A DNA stretch of 64,000 nucleotides from the NCBI GenBank assembly GCA_951406725.2, contig OX597826.1, positions 52,018,001 to 52,082,000 of the forward strand. Direction: 5' to 3'. The position numbers and the translations under genes are program-made. Within the stretch, counting starts at the first letter, position 1; each line of letters begins with the position of its first letter. The stretch comes from Octopus vulgaris (taxonomy: Eukaryota). The notes under the pieces are model-generated. The model saw nothing but the letters and a program-made list of their open reading frames with translations, was not told where the DNA came from and did not search any database. Of this stretch, positions 1-11,215 are shown piece after piece.

Positions 1-38
<38 letters not shown>

Positions 39-46
39 ACACACAC
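1..46. repeat. (CA)n microsatellite
   Basis: Direct reading. Confidence 0.95.
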
Positions 47-542
47 AATGATCGGTGGAAAGATCCGAGACTCCTTTTTTTTTTTTTTTCGGGCACAAGC
101 ATAATAGATTGAATACAAAAGAACTGGATTGTGAATATTATTCTATTGAAACAGGGAATTACAAGCATTTACCGTAACAGAATGCTTTTTCTGTAAATCT
201 TTTGGTTCTTCTGTGTCTACACCAATAAACTGATATTAGATTTATGCTGGAATGCATTCATTTCAGTTTATGTATTTATCCAGTTGAAAAATTGAAGTAG
301 ACGCTACTCTCCCAGATCTGGGATCTTGATCTAGCTACTTCCCTTTCTCCACTAAATCTGCTGAGGAATATCCTATTGATATAGATAATAATAAGTAAAT
401 AAATGAATATATAACGAAAACTATTTAATCTCATATATTTTTACAACAGTCAAATATGGTTTTCCAACAGCTTTTTGTTGACACCATAATAAAATAAATT
501 TAGACACCGTCCAGGATTTTTGTAATCATTATAAAGCATGCA

Positions 543-905
543 AGGGCGGTGGACTGAGAGAAGTGTTATAATGTCAGAATCGTTAGCACGCCGGGCGAAA
601 TGCTTATCGGTATTTCGTCTACCGTTACGTTCTGAGTTCAAATTCCGCCGAGGTCGACTTTGCCTTTCATCCTTTCGGGGTCGATTAAATAAGTACCAGT
701 TACGTACTGGGGTCGATATACTTGACTTAATCTGTTTGTCTGTCATTGTCCTCTCTGTGTTTAGCCCCTTGTGGGTAGTAAAGAAAGAGTTATAATGTCA
801 GACAAATTGCTATGCATTATTTGTTCCGACTCGTTGCATTCTGATTTCAAATCCCGCTGGGGTCAATTTTGCCCTTCATTCTTCCGAGGTCGATAAAATA
901 AAAAC
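543..905 (+). mobile_element. SINE family A: a 5'-truncated young copy (579-788) nested in an older diverged copy
   Basis: Box B gagttcaaattcc and core gcctttcatcctttcggggtcgat. TSD gttataatgtcaga at 565-578 and 789-802. The flanks rejoin into a degenerate copy of the same family. Confidence 0.85.
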
Positions 906-2699
906 CTAGCTAGCTCGATATTATCGTTTTAGCTACTCCGCACACAGGATACTAGTCTAGATTAGAGGGGATTACACAGAAAGTATAATGAACAGTGTTA
1001 ATAAATAATACATACTTTGAAGCGAGAGGTGTATTTTGTTTAAGTGACAGTTTATTAAGAGTGCAATCAAGTTTTATATACTTTTAATATTGTTATTTTT
1101 TAATACACCAGTGAAAGACATGTTGATGCGTACAAATATGTTGATTCCTTTTTTGTTTTAATAGTTTACCAGTCGATGAGAATTATGTGCATACGCTTCT
1201 AGCTCACTATTTATCCATAAACCAACCAATCAATCTACCTACCTACCTACCTTCCTTCTTACCTACCTACCTACCTTCCTACCTACCTACCTGCCAATCG
1301 ACTTATCTCTTTATTTGTACGAAGCTATGCCTTTGTCTTCGTTTTTTGTTCTTCCAAACATATTTGTTATTGTAAGTTGTGGAATGTAAGTGCATACATA
1401 CTTGTAGCTGGATCAATTAGCTTATACTTTGTTGTATCGATCACTACCATCAATCGACCAATCAGTTGGTCGATGCGTGTTTTGTAGTTTACATTAAGAA
1501 GAGATTTTCATATTGTTGAAACTTTGCTGTTTTTCTGATTTGAACAGCTAAATCGATGACAAGTGGCAAAGAACCATGTCTAAATCTGCTTCTCCAACGA
1601 TCGGCTCTAGAATGTACTTAGGAAGGCAGAGCGATAAATATATGTCACTTCTTGACAATAACTCAATTACTGCTGTCATTAGCATTCTTATCGTAGTTAT
1701 TAACAAACTTTGCATCGCGACTCTTGTCATAAAACAGGCAGAAAATAAAACCTGCGAACGTGATGGTATAACGGTCTTTATTGGCAAAGTTTAAAGACTT
1801 TATTTCGGGAGTTTAGATATGATTTTTTGCTGGGCTGCGAGAGAAATTTGGAGTTGCAGAACTGACTCTTCGTCCAAGAGAAACAGAGGTAAATTCAGAT
1901 GTTTTACGAAATCTTAACACAAGAATTACATTGCTCTAAATAAAATATAGCGAATTGGTAGGGTTGTTAGAGCGTCGGAATAAAACGACTTGGGGTATTT
2001 ATTGCAACACTTGGAGGTCAAATATCACAGAAGTCAACTTCGACTTTTATTCTTTCGGGATCGATAAAAAGTATCAGTCCAAGGCAGCAGATTAGGGAAA
2101 TGTAAGTACTTCGAATTTGATGCCTTATGATGAGTTTTTACGTTCTGAGTTCAAATTGCACCATGCCTTTAGGGGTTATAAACTTAATACGTCTTTCGGT
2201 TTAACACTACCACGGGACATATTGAGTACCTTCAGCGAAGTCTGCTCTGTTGTAAGCATTCGGACTAAGCCCCTGATATGAAAATAACATTCTCACCATC
2301 TCACATAAATCTCGAAAACCTTGTATAGAGTCATGATACTGGCTTCTTTCAAAATGATTTTTTATAAAACCGTTGTTGCTGAACCAAAAGAGCTATGAAT
2401 TAAATAATATGTAAGCCTGTCCGTTACTCCCGAAGGCTTGTGTGGTGTCTTGTACTTATAGAATGTTCCAGGTCAATAGTTCGTTTTTAAATAATTTATC
2501 TATGTGTATATTTATTTGAAGTCCTCTACGTGATTCTGTTAGACTCATAAATAGATTAATGGCACTAAATGTGGTAGAATAACCGGAAAATATAGTTCAA
2601 ATTAGATAAGGAAAGAAAATACAAAGTTGATTTGTAGAGAAATAAACGTGACGGATCTAGGGAAATTATACGTGTGGGTATGCATGTGCGGCGTTTGTA

Positions 2700-2990
<291 letters not shown>

Positions 2991-4065
2991 AATATGAATC
3001 GTATAAAATATTATGTAGATTTTACTGCTTTTCCTGCAGAAAATTTTTTCTTCTTCCACCTCTGCTGCTGCTGCTTCTGATGATGTTGGAGAGATAATAG
3101 TATTGGGATATATAAAGGGGTTAGAATATTCAGAAATGTTTAGTAGAACAGCTTGATTTAGCAGAAGTAGAGCCGATAAACATGTCAAGCCTGATAGATA
3201 TAGCAATTATAATGAAGTGTATCAGTACATCTCGAACAATTTCATGTCTACGTAGGGCAAAGGGAGTTAATGAAGGCGATGGTGAGGAAACGACTTTTAT
3301 TTGGTGGCTGTGTATTATTATCATTTAAGTGTAACAATAAGTGTAACAATAGGTAACAATAAGAAGTTTGTCCAAACTAATGTTGTACTTTAGCATTAGT
3401 ATATTAAACACACACATACATACACGTATGTGTGTGTGCATGTGTGCTCGTGCCTGTGTGTGTTGTGTGTGTTTAGTAACGGTACCTAAGGCACAATGAA
3501 AGAACTAGAGAGCGTGTATGAAAAGAAACAAATTACTGTACTGCATTAGAATTGATACGTTAAATTATCTCAAATATATTAAAGTGTTATTAACATAAAT
3601 GTATTAGCTATATTCTATTAATCATTGTACCATACCGCAAAATCGGGGTGCAGTAGAACATTGATATATTCCTTATACTGGAATTAAAATACACCAGATT
3701 TTGGTTTTAGTAGGTAATTACAGTTCGTCTTTCCTTAACAAACTAGCTCCTGTGCTGATAATAATAATTAATACATCAAAATGTATTATTTTATAGGATG
3801 GTAATTCTCTGATTTGCCATAGGGCTGCCAGGAACTTAAGTCTCATAATTTACCTCAATTAAGACTCTTTCGTTTCGCTCATGTGCAAAGAGGTTGAAGA
3901 TACGAATTGAGCGGTTCACATTATATTATAGATACTTCACTGAAACAATTCCATGTGAAGGTCTATTCGGTAAACAGTGAAGCAGATATAGTATATCGTC
4001 TATCTGTTAGTCTTTACAAAGAAGACCAATTCCATTGTCCTAATAAAGCTTAATAAGTATTGATT

Positions 4066-4385
4066 AGCTACCGTTGACACTGGTTTACGCTTATTGTACG
4101 ATCTCCATTTACTGCATTAATATTTTTCGCACTTTCCGTTGCTTTGCTGCCTTTATTAAACTCATAAAGCAAAATATGCCAAATATGCCCCTTGGTAACT
4201 TCCATCATAACTTTGAAAAAAATAACTTTTAAAATTGAACTGCACTCTTCAAAATTTGCACTAAGAATAAACACAAGATAAAATTATTACCTGCTTTTAT
4301 AGTAAGTTTTTGCAGGTATTTTATCCCGTCCCCTTCCGACTTTTATTTCATGCAACTGAAAAAACTGCATTATTTATGGTTAAGC
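4066..4385 (-). mobile_element. Mariner transposon 5' fragment
   Basis: Encodes MEVTKGHIWHILLYEFNKGSKATESAKNINAVNGDRTISVNQCQR, a mariner N-terminal HTH. Related to the element at 45085-46118. Confidence 0.8.
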
Positions 4386-6104
4386 TATCTAATTATGCTA
4401 TATAGTGGCTGATCCCAGCACATAAATTTTCTTGTCGTTTCAGTATCTTTCATGTTGCAAAGTTTTGGCTTATTTCAATCACAGCCTTTTTCCTGCTTAC
4501 ATGCAAAGAACTGTACTTCCTTACAATTCTCACTGTATTTTATAAGAAGTAAATTTTAAGTTTACAAACGTTGTGTTTCGTCTTGGTTCCTTTCGTCTTT
4601 CTCGTATACGACTCATGAAAATTCGAAAGAAATAAGATGAAGTGCATAGCGTGTCAATAATAGATGAATGATACTGATTTAAAATCGTGTTAAACGTCAT
4701 ATTGTTTGAAGAAACTCGTAATGTTTTTAAAATAACGATTGGGGTTTATATCTGAATATTTCTAAAGAAAAAAGCTGTTAATATTCATCAGGGTTTCAAA
4801 GGTTTTCAGTTTTCTGTTGTAATATATCATAGGCTGAGCTTCGTAATGTTTTCTGATACAACAAATTATAGGCTAGAATCATATATAGACCTGGAAGCTA
4901 ATTTACTGCTGATGAAGTATCGCTATAAAGCGTTTACTGAATGTGCTTTGGTATTTTGCTAATTAAAATTCACAATACTTTGTTAGAGAGGTTAGAGTAG
5001 GTACGGGAAGTTGCAATATACAGAGAAAAATATGTTCAACCATGAATTTTGCCTGTCGTTAATGTATCAACATTTGAATAGGATTTCGGAAGTGTTAAAA
5101 ACATTTCGTAAAATATTAAATTGCAATACAGTTATTTCAAACCAGTATTTAATTATGGTTGTGTTTTGAAGACGAGTATTTAGCGTAATTAGATAGCTTA
5201 ACCACATATGCCAGATAATTATAAATTTATTTAGTTTAGATTGCTATAAAAACATGTTTCATGTAAAAGTGATTTAGGATTTTGGATCCTAAATTACTTC
5301 AGTGTTATTTTTAATAATCTCAATGTGTGATGTTTATGAACGGAACAAATAATTAATAATTCCTCGCAGATGATTAATTATAAATATCTTTCACATATTC
5401 CTTCCTAAAGACCGATGTTCCTAACGTGTAATTAAAAAACAAGAAATGGCAATAGATACAAGCATCCTTCTTTACCATTACTAATATCAATGTTTTCAAT
5501 TTTATTTGCCATGTTACTGATGTTGTAAACATGCTGTCATCGTCTTTGTTTATAGTAGCTTCTGAAGTATCAAACATCATTGAAACAAAATCAGTTTTAA
5601 CGATATTCAATTAATGAGGTGGAAACAATCAAAATGAACATCATAAACTATAACCAGACTTAAATTACTGATTTAAGGTGTTCTGTCGTCCATGAAACCG
5701 CTATGAGCTGTCTCATGGCTGGAATTAATTCTAAAATACTTCTTGCAACATCAAACATGCTACATCAAACATGCATCAAACAACTAGTTTCTTTTTTATT
5801 GGCAGCAGTTACGCAGCAACTTAAAGCTTTAAAATATAACTAAGTTTCCACGGTTACCAATCACTGATAGCCTCCGTATTCGACCAAATTATTGACTGAA
5901 ATTATAATGCCAATTTGATTTATCTTATTTGTTTCATTTTTAATAAACATATTTATTTCTTCAAATATATAATAAACTTTCTTATACTTGTCTCTTATTC
6001 TTTAATTTCCCTACTTGCTATCGTTTTATGTCTTTTTAAATGCTACCAGTATCTACCGAATGTGATTTTGCTATGTATTCATTTATTTACAAATATATTT
6101 ACAG

Positions 6105-6255
6105 AGACGGCAAGTTAGACGCATATCTCGGAGATTATCCTATATTGGATTATGCACGCGCGAAACTAGATCCAAATTGTCAACTAAAACTTGTCGGGCA
6201 GACATATGGGGAAGATGGTTACGGAATAGGGCTACCAAAAAATTCCACTATACGT
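6105..6255 (+). CDS. Internal exon of an NMDA-type (GluN3-like) ionotropic glutamate receptor subunit, S2 ligand-binding segment
   Basis: Acceptor tttacag| ends at 6104 and donor cgt|gtgagt starts at 6256. Encodes DGKLDAYLGDYPILDYARAKLDPNCQLKLVGQTYGEDGYGIGLPKNSTIR, which matches the NMDAR pattern KLDAFI.D..LL.Y....C.L..VG......YGIG.P.NS. Splices in phase 0 to the exon at 13844. Confidence 0.95.
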
Positions 6256-6305
6256 GTGAGTATTTCTATAATAATTGCAACTAAATTCTACCCGATGCAA
6301 AGTAC

Positions 6306-6352
<47 letters not shown>

Positions 6353-6354
6353 TG

Positions 6355-6418
<64 letters not shown>

Positions 6419-6584
6419 TGATGATATTATTAATAATAATAAAAATCCTTTCTATTACAGGCATAAAGCCTGAAATTTTGGGGAAGGGAGCCAGTCGGTT
6501 AGATCGACCTCAGTATTCTAGTCCTTCATTTATCGACCCCGAAAGGATGAAAGGCAAAGTCGGTCTCCGCGGAATTTGAACTCA

Positions 6585-6653
<69 letters not shown>

Positions 6654-6678
6654 TGATGATGATGATGATGATGATGAT
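6306..6678. repeat. (TAA)n/(TGA)n tracts enclosing a minus-strand SINE A fragment (about 6445-6585)
   Basis: Direct reading. atcgaccccgaaaggatgaaaggcaaagtc is the reverse complement of the SINE core. Confidence 0.9.
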
Positions 6679-6679
6679 A

Positions 6680-6838
6680 GGAGAGCATCATAGTCAAGTA
6701 TCGAGACGAATTCTTTGGGTTTTAAATAACTGACGTCTGGAAACATGGGTATTTCGTTTAACATCCTTAAACAACCCTTATTCAGGGACCTTTTGAACGG
6801 GATGGGCTACTCGACCCGAAGAAAATTCTAATTGTGCC
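6680..6838 (+). mobile_element. Partial copy of the TAA-associated non-coding repeat at 12565-12904
   Basis: Shares acgtctggaaacatggg...aaacaacccttattcagggaccttttga with 12620-12690. Confidence 0.8.
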
Positions 6839-6887
6839 GAACAACAACAACAACAACAACAATAACAGCAGCGGCAGTAGCTGCAGC

Positions 6888-8172
6888 AGCACTCAGAGAA
6901 GGCAAACCTCCGCCAAGGCAACACCAAAGTCCTCTCAACGATTAGCCAGAGATGATTTTTAAAACGAGAATATCTGAAATAAACTTGACTGCTTTTACAA
7001 GCGAGAATACTAAAAATTAACCCAGCCGCTCTCAAAAATTACGTTTAAAAAATTGGCAAAAATAATCCAGAATCCTTGTGCGGTACCTGATGGATCCCAA
7101 TGGTAGTCATGGAATATGAAGGTGGCTGTAGAAAATTAAATAGTTTATGTATTGAATAGTTTATCCTTATCAAGAGTCAACATAGAGTCAAGAAGCCAGA
7201 GTTAACAAATTCACCATTCAAAATAGTTTCAATGGCGGAGGTAATAATTAATAAGTTCTACTCTGGAATTTTTAAATGAATACCACGAGACCTTTTGATT
7301 TTCTCTTCTCTTAAATTCTGACTTTCCTTTAGTATTCCTGTTGTTGTTGATCAATATATAGACGTATGTATATATGTAATTATACTGTAAAGTGTTAATA
7401 TGTATGTATAATATATAATCTATATCTTTATATATAAAAGTGAAGTTGTGTGTCTGTCTCCTACGATATAAATTCCTAACTACTCCCACATTTTGCGGTG
7501 CAGTGTAACCAAAAGCGGGTATCTTATAGTCATGATTCATATCGAGCCCTTCTGGATATTAGCGCGCGTCTACGATGAGTCTACGATTAAAAAAAAAATT
7601 ACCATAATTTTTTCCCATTTTTAATGCATTTTTTGCTGTTATAAAAGGGAACTAACTCTCTAAAAATGTATTATTAAATCTCAGAACGTAAAAAGCTACA
7701 GTAACACCCCTCTTTGTGGTTAGCAATATTGAGTTATTTCCCTTACAAACCCGAGCAACGCCGGGCGATACTGCTAGTACATTATAAAAATGTTAGTGCT
7801 ATTTAATTTCTAAACGGTTTTGCTGCCGTTTGTTTATGAAGTTTGATTTCTTTATCCATCAGTTTCTACGTAAGTAAAACTAATAATAAAGAAACGAAAA
7901 TAAAGTTTTGGAAACAACCTAAAGGAGAAGAATTGAGAACGACTTGAAAGTCAACGTAATGTCGTAATCATGTAAAGTAAATATAACAAATAACCCAGAA
8001 TCCTTGTCCGGTACCGGATCGATCTCAAAATCTAATCAATTCATGCTAGTCACGAGACCAGACATCACTGAAAGTGTCATCCGAGTCCATCCAGCGGTTC
8101 TTGAGATATCTTGCCCACGGACAAACAAACACGACTGAAAACAATACCTCCGCCTTCGCTAAGGCGGGGGTA
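6888..8172 (+). mobile_element. Helentron/DINE-like non-autonomous element, either interrupted or present as two partial copies
   Basis: 5' gcactcagagaaggcaaacctccgccaagg. 3' hairpin acctccgccttcgctaaggcgggggt, complementary to the 5' acctccgcc subterminal repeat. The internal motif cagaatccttgt.cggtacc.gat occurs near 7068 and near 7996. Confidence 0.55.
7419..7777 (+). mobile_element. Non-autonomous Helitron
   Basis: 5' a|TCtatatctttatatataaaag. 3' hairpin cccgagcaacgccggg followed by CTAG|t. Inserted between A and T with no TSD. Confidence 0.85.
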
Positions 8173-8376
8173 ATAATAATAATATTTAAAAATTTTGCCA
8201 CAAGACAGCTCTTTTGTGGGTGGGGCGATGAGTCGATTACAACGACCCCAGTGTTTCACTGGTACTTAACTTATCGACCCCGAAAGGATGAAAGAAAAGT
8301 TGATCTCGTCAGAATTTGCAATGTAACGCCCGGCGTGCTAACGATTCTACCAGCACACCGTATTAATTAATAGATG

Positions 8377-8418
<42 letters not shown>

Positions 8419-10002
8419 GGCAAAACGATCAGCCACCTTTTATATATGGATGACCTAAAACTATACGCTGCAAATGACAAACAGCTGGAAACACTATTAA
8501 AGACAGTTCATGGATTTACCAAAGAAATAGATATGAAATTTGGATTAGAAAAATGCGCCAAAGTAACCATGAAAAGAGGAAAACTAGTTAAGAGTAACAA
8601 CATCACACTAGATAAAACCAATGAAATAAAAGAATTAGACCAAAGCCAAACTTACAAATACTTAGGAATCCATGAACTAGATAAGACACAACACACACAA
8701 ATGAAAGAGAAAATAAAAAAAGAATATTATAGACGAGTTAGATCAATACTAAACACAGAGCTCAATGCTAAAAACAAGATAATAGGTATCAACACTTTAG
8801 CTGTCCCAGTTATAAGTTACAGCTACAATATCCTTAACTGGACACGAAATGAACTGACCAAAATAGATAGGAAAACAAGAAAAATAATGACAGGATCTAG
8901 GATGCATCACCCAAAATCTGACATAGAAAGACTATATATACAACGTATGGAAGGTGGTAGAGGCCTTATACAGCTGGAAAACTACTATAAAATAACCACC
9001 ATAGGACTGCAAAAATATCTACTTCAGAAGGAAGGAAAACTGATCCAGATAGCGGCAAAACACGAGCAAAACAAAAAACTGTTCTCAGTATTTAAGGAAG
9101 CTGACAAATACAAACAAGAAATCATACCACCTAATAAACATGAAGAAGAAGAAGAAGATGAAGAAACAACAAAAGCTATAAAACAAATAAAATCCAAACT
9201 AAAAACAGAACAGCAACGAACCATGATAAAACGATGGCAAGAAAAGCCCCTTCATGGTAAATACTGCACTAAACTAAACGCAAAAGAAATAGACAAAGAA
9301 AAATCCCAGCAATGGTTGAGAAGCTCAGGACTCAAAGCAGAAACAGAGGGATTTTTAATTGCAGCACAAGACCAAAGCCTCCCCACCAGAAATTACCAAA
9401 AACATGTAATGAAAAGAAATATTACAAGTAACTGCAGAATATGTGGAGATGGACAAGAAACAATAAATCATATTATCTCTAGCTGCCCAGTCCTGGCTAA
9501 GAAGGAATATATTCACAGACATGACAGAGTTGGAACCTACATACATTGGAAGCTATGCCAACATTATGGAATAACAACAGAAAAAAGATGGTATAGGCAC
9601 ACACCAGAAAAGGTCACAGAAAACGAGAAAGCAACCATACTCTGGGATATGCCGATACACACAGATAGAGAAATTAAGGCCAACAGACCAGATATAGTTG
9701 TCAGAGATCATGAACAAAAAAAATGCTTTTTAATTGATGTATCAATACCGGCAGATGACAACGTGTCTCTAAAAGAAATGGAGAAACTCTCAAAATACAA
9801 AGACCTGGAAATAGAGGTAACTAGAATGTGGAATCTGAAAACAGAAACAATTCCTATCATAGTAGGTGCATTAGGCATGATAAAAAAATATTCAGACAAA
9901 TACATAACAAAAACACCAGGACTTACAAACACATATAACATACAGAAAATTGCACTACTAGGCACTGCCCACATCCTACGCAGAACACTTTCCATACAAT
10001 AA
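8419..10002 (+). CDS. C-terminal half of RT, zinc knuckle and REL endonuclease (N-terminally truncated)
   Basis: ORF 8374-10002. The leading MIIII is read through the microsatellite and the true homology starts at GKTISHLLYMDD. Confidence 0.85.
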   Translation, partial: GKTISHLLYMDDLKLYAANDKQLETLLKTVHGFTKEIDMKFGLEKCAKVTMKRGKLVKSNNITLDKTNEIKELDQSQTYKYLGIHELDKTQHTQMKEKIKKEYYRRVRSILNTELNAKNKIIGINTLAVPVISYSYNILNWTRNELTKIDRKTRKIMTGSRMHHPKSDIERLYIQRMEGGRGLIQLENYYKITTIGLQKYLLQKEGKLIQIAAKHEQNKKLFSVFKEADKYKQEIIPPNKHEEEEEDEETTKAIKQIKSKLKTEQQRTMIKRWQEKPLHGKYCTKLNAKEIDKEKSQQWLRSSGLKAETEGFLIAAQDQSLPTRNYQKHVMKRNITSNCRICGDGQETINHIISSCPVLAKKEYIHRHDRVGTYIHWKLCQHYGITTEKRWYRHTPEKVTENEKATILWDMPIHTDREIKANRPDIVVRDHEQKKCFLIDVSIPADDNVSLKEMEKLSKYKDLEIEVTRMWNLKTETIPIIVGALGMIKKYSDKYITKTPGLTNTYNIQKIALLGTAHILRRTLSIQ

Positions 10003-10105
10003 CCATCAGAGCATCACAACAAATCACAGCACATACCCAAGGCACACAGAGCTGCGCTCGGTAGTGAAGTGAAAGCACGCTATAAAAATAAAAATAAAAC
10101 TACTG
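8419..10105 (+). mobile_element. 5'-truncated Dong/R4-clade non-LTR retrotransposon embedded in (TAA)n
   Basis: Uninterrupted ORF to 10002 with RT YMDD, CCHC knuckle CRIC-x8-H-x4-C, RHD and restriction-like endonuclease RPD...LID...K..KY. Short 3' UTR. TAA repeats on both sides. Confidence 0.93.
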
Positions 10106-10137
<32 letters not shown>

Positions 10138-10195
10138 CAATAATAATTTATAAAGATTGACGTAACACTTCAGGAAAGTAAATAGACAATAAGCA

Positions 10196-10431
10196 GAGCG
10201 CAATGCGATTGTATTAAAATGTTTACTGGTTTCAACGATATTTCGACAGTCCGCCTGTCTTTTTCAAGTTCTAAATGTAAAATGAAGGAATTCAAAAATA
10301 TAGAAATTGAAAAATATAAGTGCGGGAATCCTGCATTCATCATCAGTCTTGAATTTTGAACTTGAAAAAGACAAGCGGGCTGTCGAAATTCCGTTCAAAC
10401 CAGTAAACACTATGAGAATCGCTTCGCGCTC
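10196..10431. repeat. Long imperfect inverted repeat (arms about 75 bp) with Penelope-type hammerhead-like motifs
   Basis: Arm 10196-10271 is the reverse complement of arm 10358-10431. Each arm holds CTTGAAAAA-GACA-n7-TGTC-GAAA, in opposite orientations. Confidence 0.8.
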
Positions 10432-10550
10432 TTCTTCTTCTTCTTCTTCTTCTCTTCCTCCTCCTCCTCCTCCACATCCTCCTTCTTCTCCTCCACCTAC
10501 TTCTTCTTCATAATAATAATAATAATGATAGTAATAATAATAATAATAAT

Positions 10551-10740
10551 CACTTTCACTTCACTTTGACCGACCAGTCCGTCAGGCGTCCATTTGACAC
10601 CGCTGGTCACAGCACGCTGTCCACTCCTCTCTGGATCGCGCCTTTCTCATCCACGTGATCCCAATCGTCCTCTTGAAATCGTCACTCCACTGTCGTGGAG
10701 GTCTTCCGGGTGGTCTTTTCCGCTCACGCGGGTACCACTC
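10551..10740 (-). mobile_element. RTE-clade LINE 3' end
   Basis: Minus strand reads EWYPRERKRPPGRPPRQWSDDFKRTIGITWMRKARSREEW...*, followed by a short UTR and an (aagtg)n tail. Confidence 0.8.
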
Positions 10741-10849
10741 GTTAAATTAAGTACCAGTTACGCACTGGAGTCGATGTAATCGACTTAATCCCTTTGTTCT
10801 TGTTTGTCCCCTATGTTTTTATCCTCTTGTGGGTAGTAGAGAAAGAAAA

Positions 10850-11070
10850 ATTATTATTATTATCATTATTATTATCTCAAATTTTGTCACAGTGCAAGCA
10901 ATTTTGGGTGAAGGGGAAGTCAATTACATCAATCTCAGTGCTCAACTAATACCTATCGACCCCGAAAGGATAGGAAGCAAATTCAACCTCGGCGGAATTT
11001 GAACTTAGAACGTAAAGGCAGATGAAATTCAGCTACGCATTTTGCCCGGAGTACTAAAGATTCTACCAGC

Positions 11071-11071
<1 letters not shown>
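10850..11071 (-). mobile_element. SINE family A copy
   Basis: Reverse complement of the tRNA head and core (atcgaccccgaaaggata...ctcggcggaatttgaac...tttgcccgg). Confidence 0.75.
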
Positions 11072-11144
<73 letters not shown>

Positions 11145-11215
11145 AATAATAATAATAACAATGATAATAATAATAATAATAATAATAATGATAATAATAA
11201 TAATAATAATAATAA

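Noticed and set aside
6240-6262. AMPA-type R/G editing site and flip/flop arrangement at the equivalent exon end (PKNSTIR|)
   Set aside because: The Arg codon is CGT with no editable A. No adjacent complementary hairpin or duplicated alternative exon was seen, and the next exon runs through M4.
6040-6579. 179-aa ORF as a single-exon gene
   Set aside because: Only 6105-6255 is receptor-like and it is bounded by splice sites. The rest is intron, TAA repeat and SINE.
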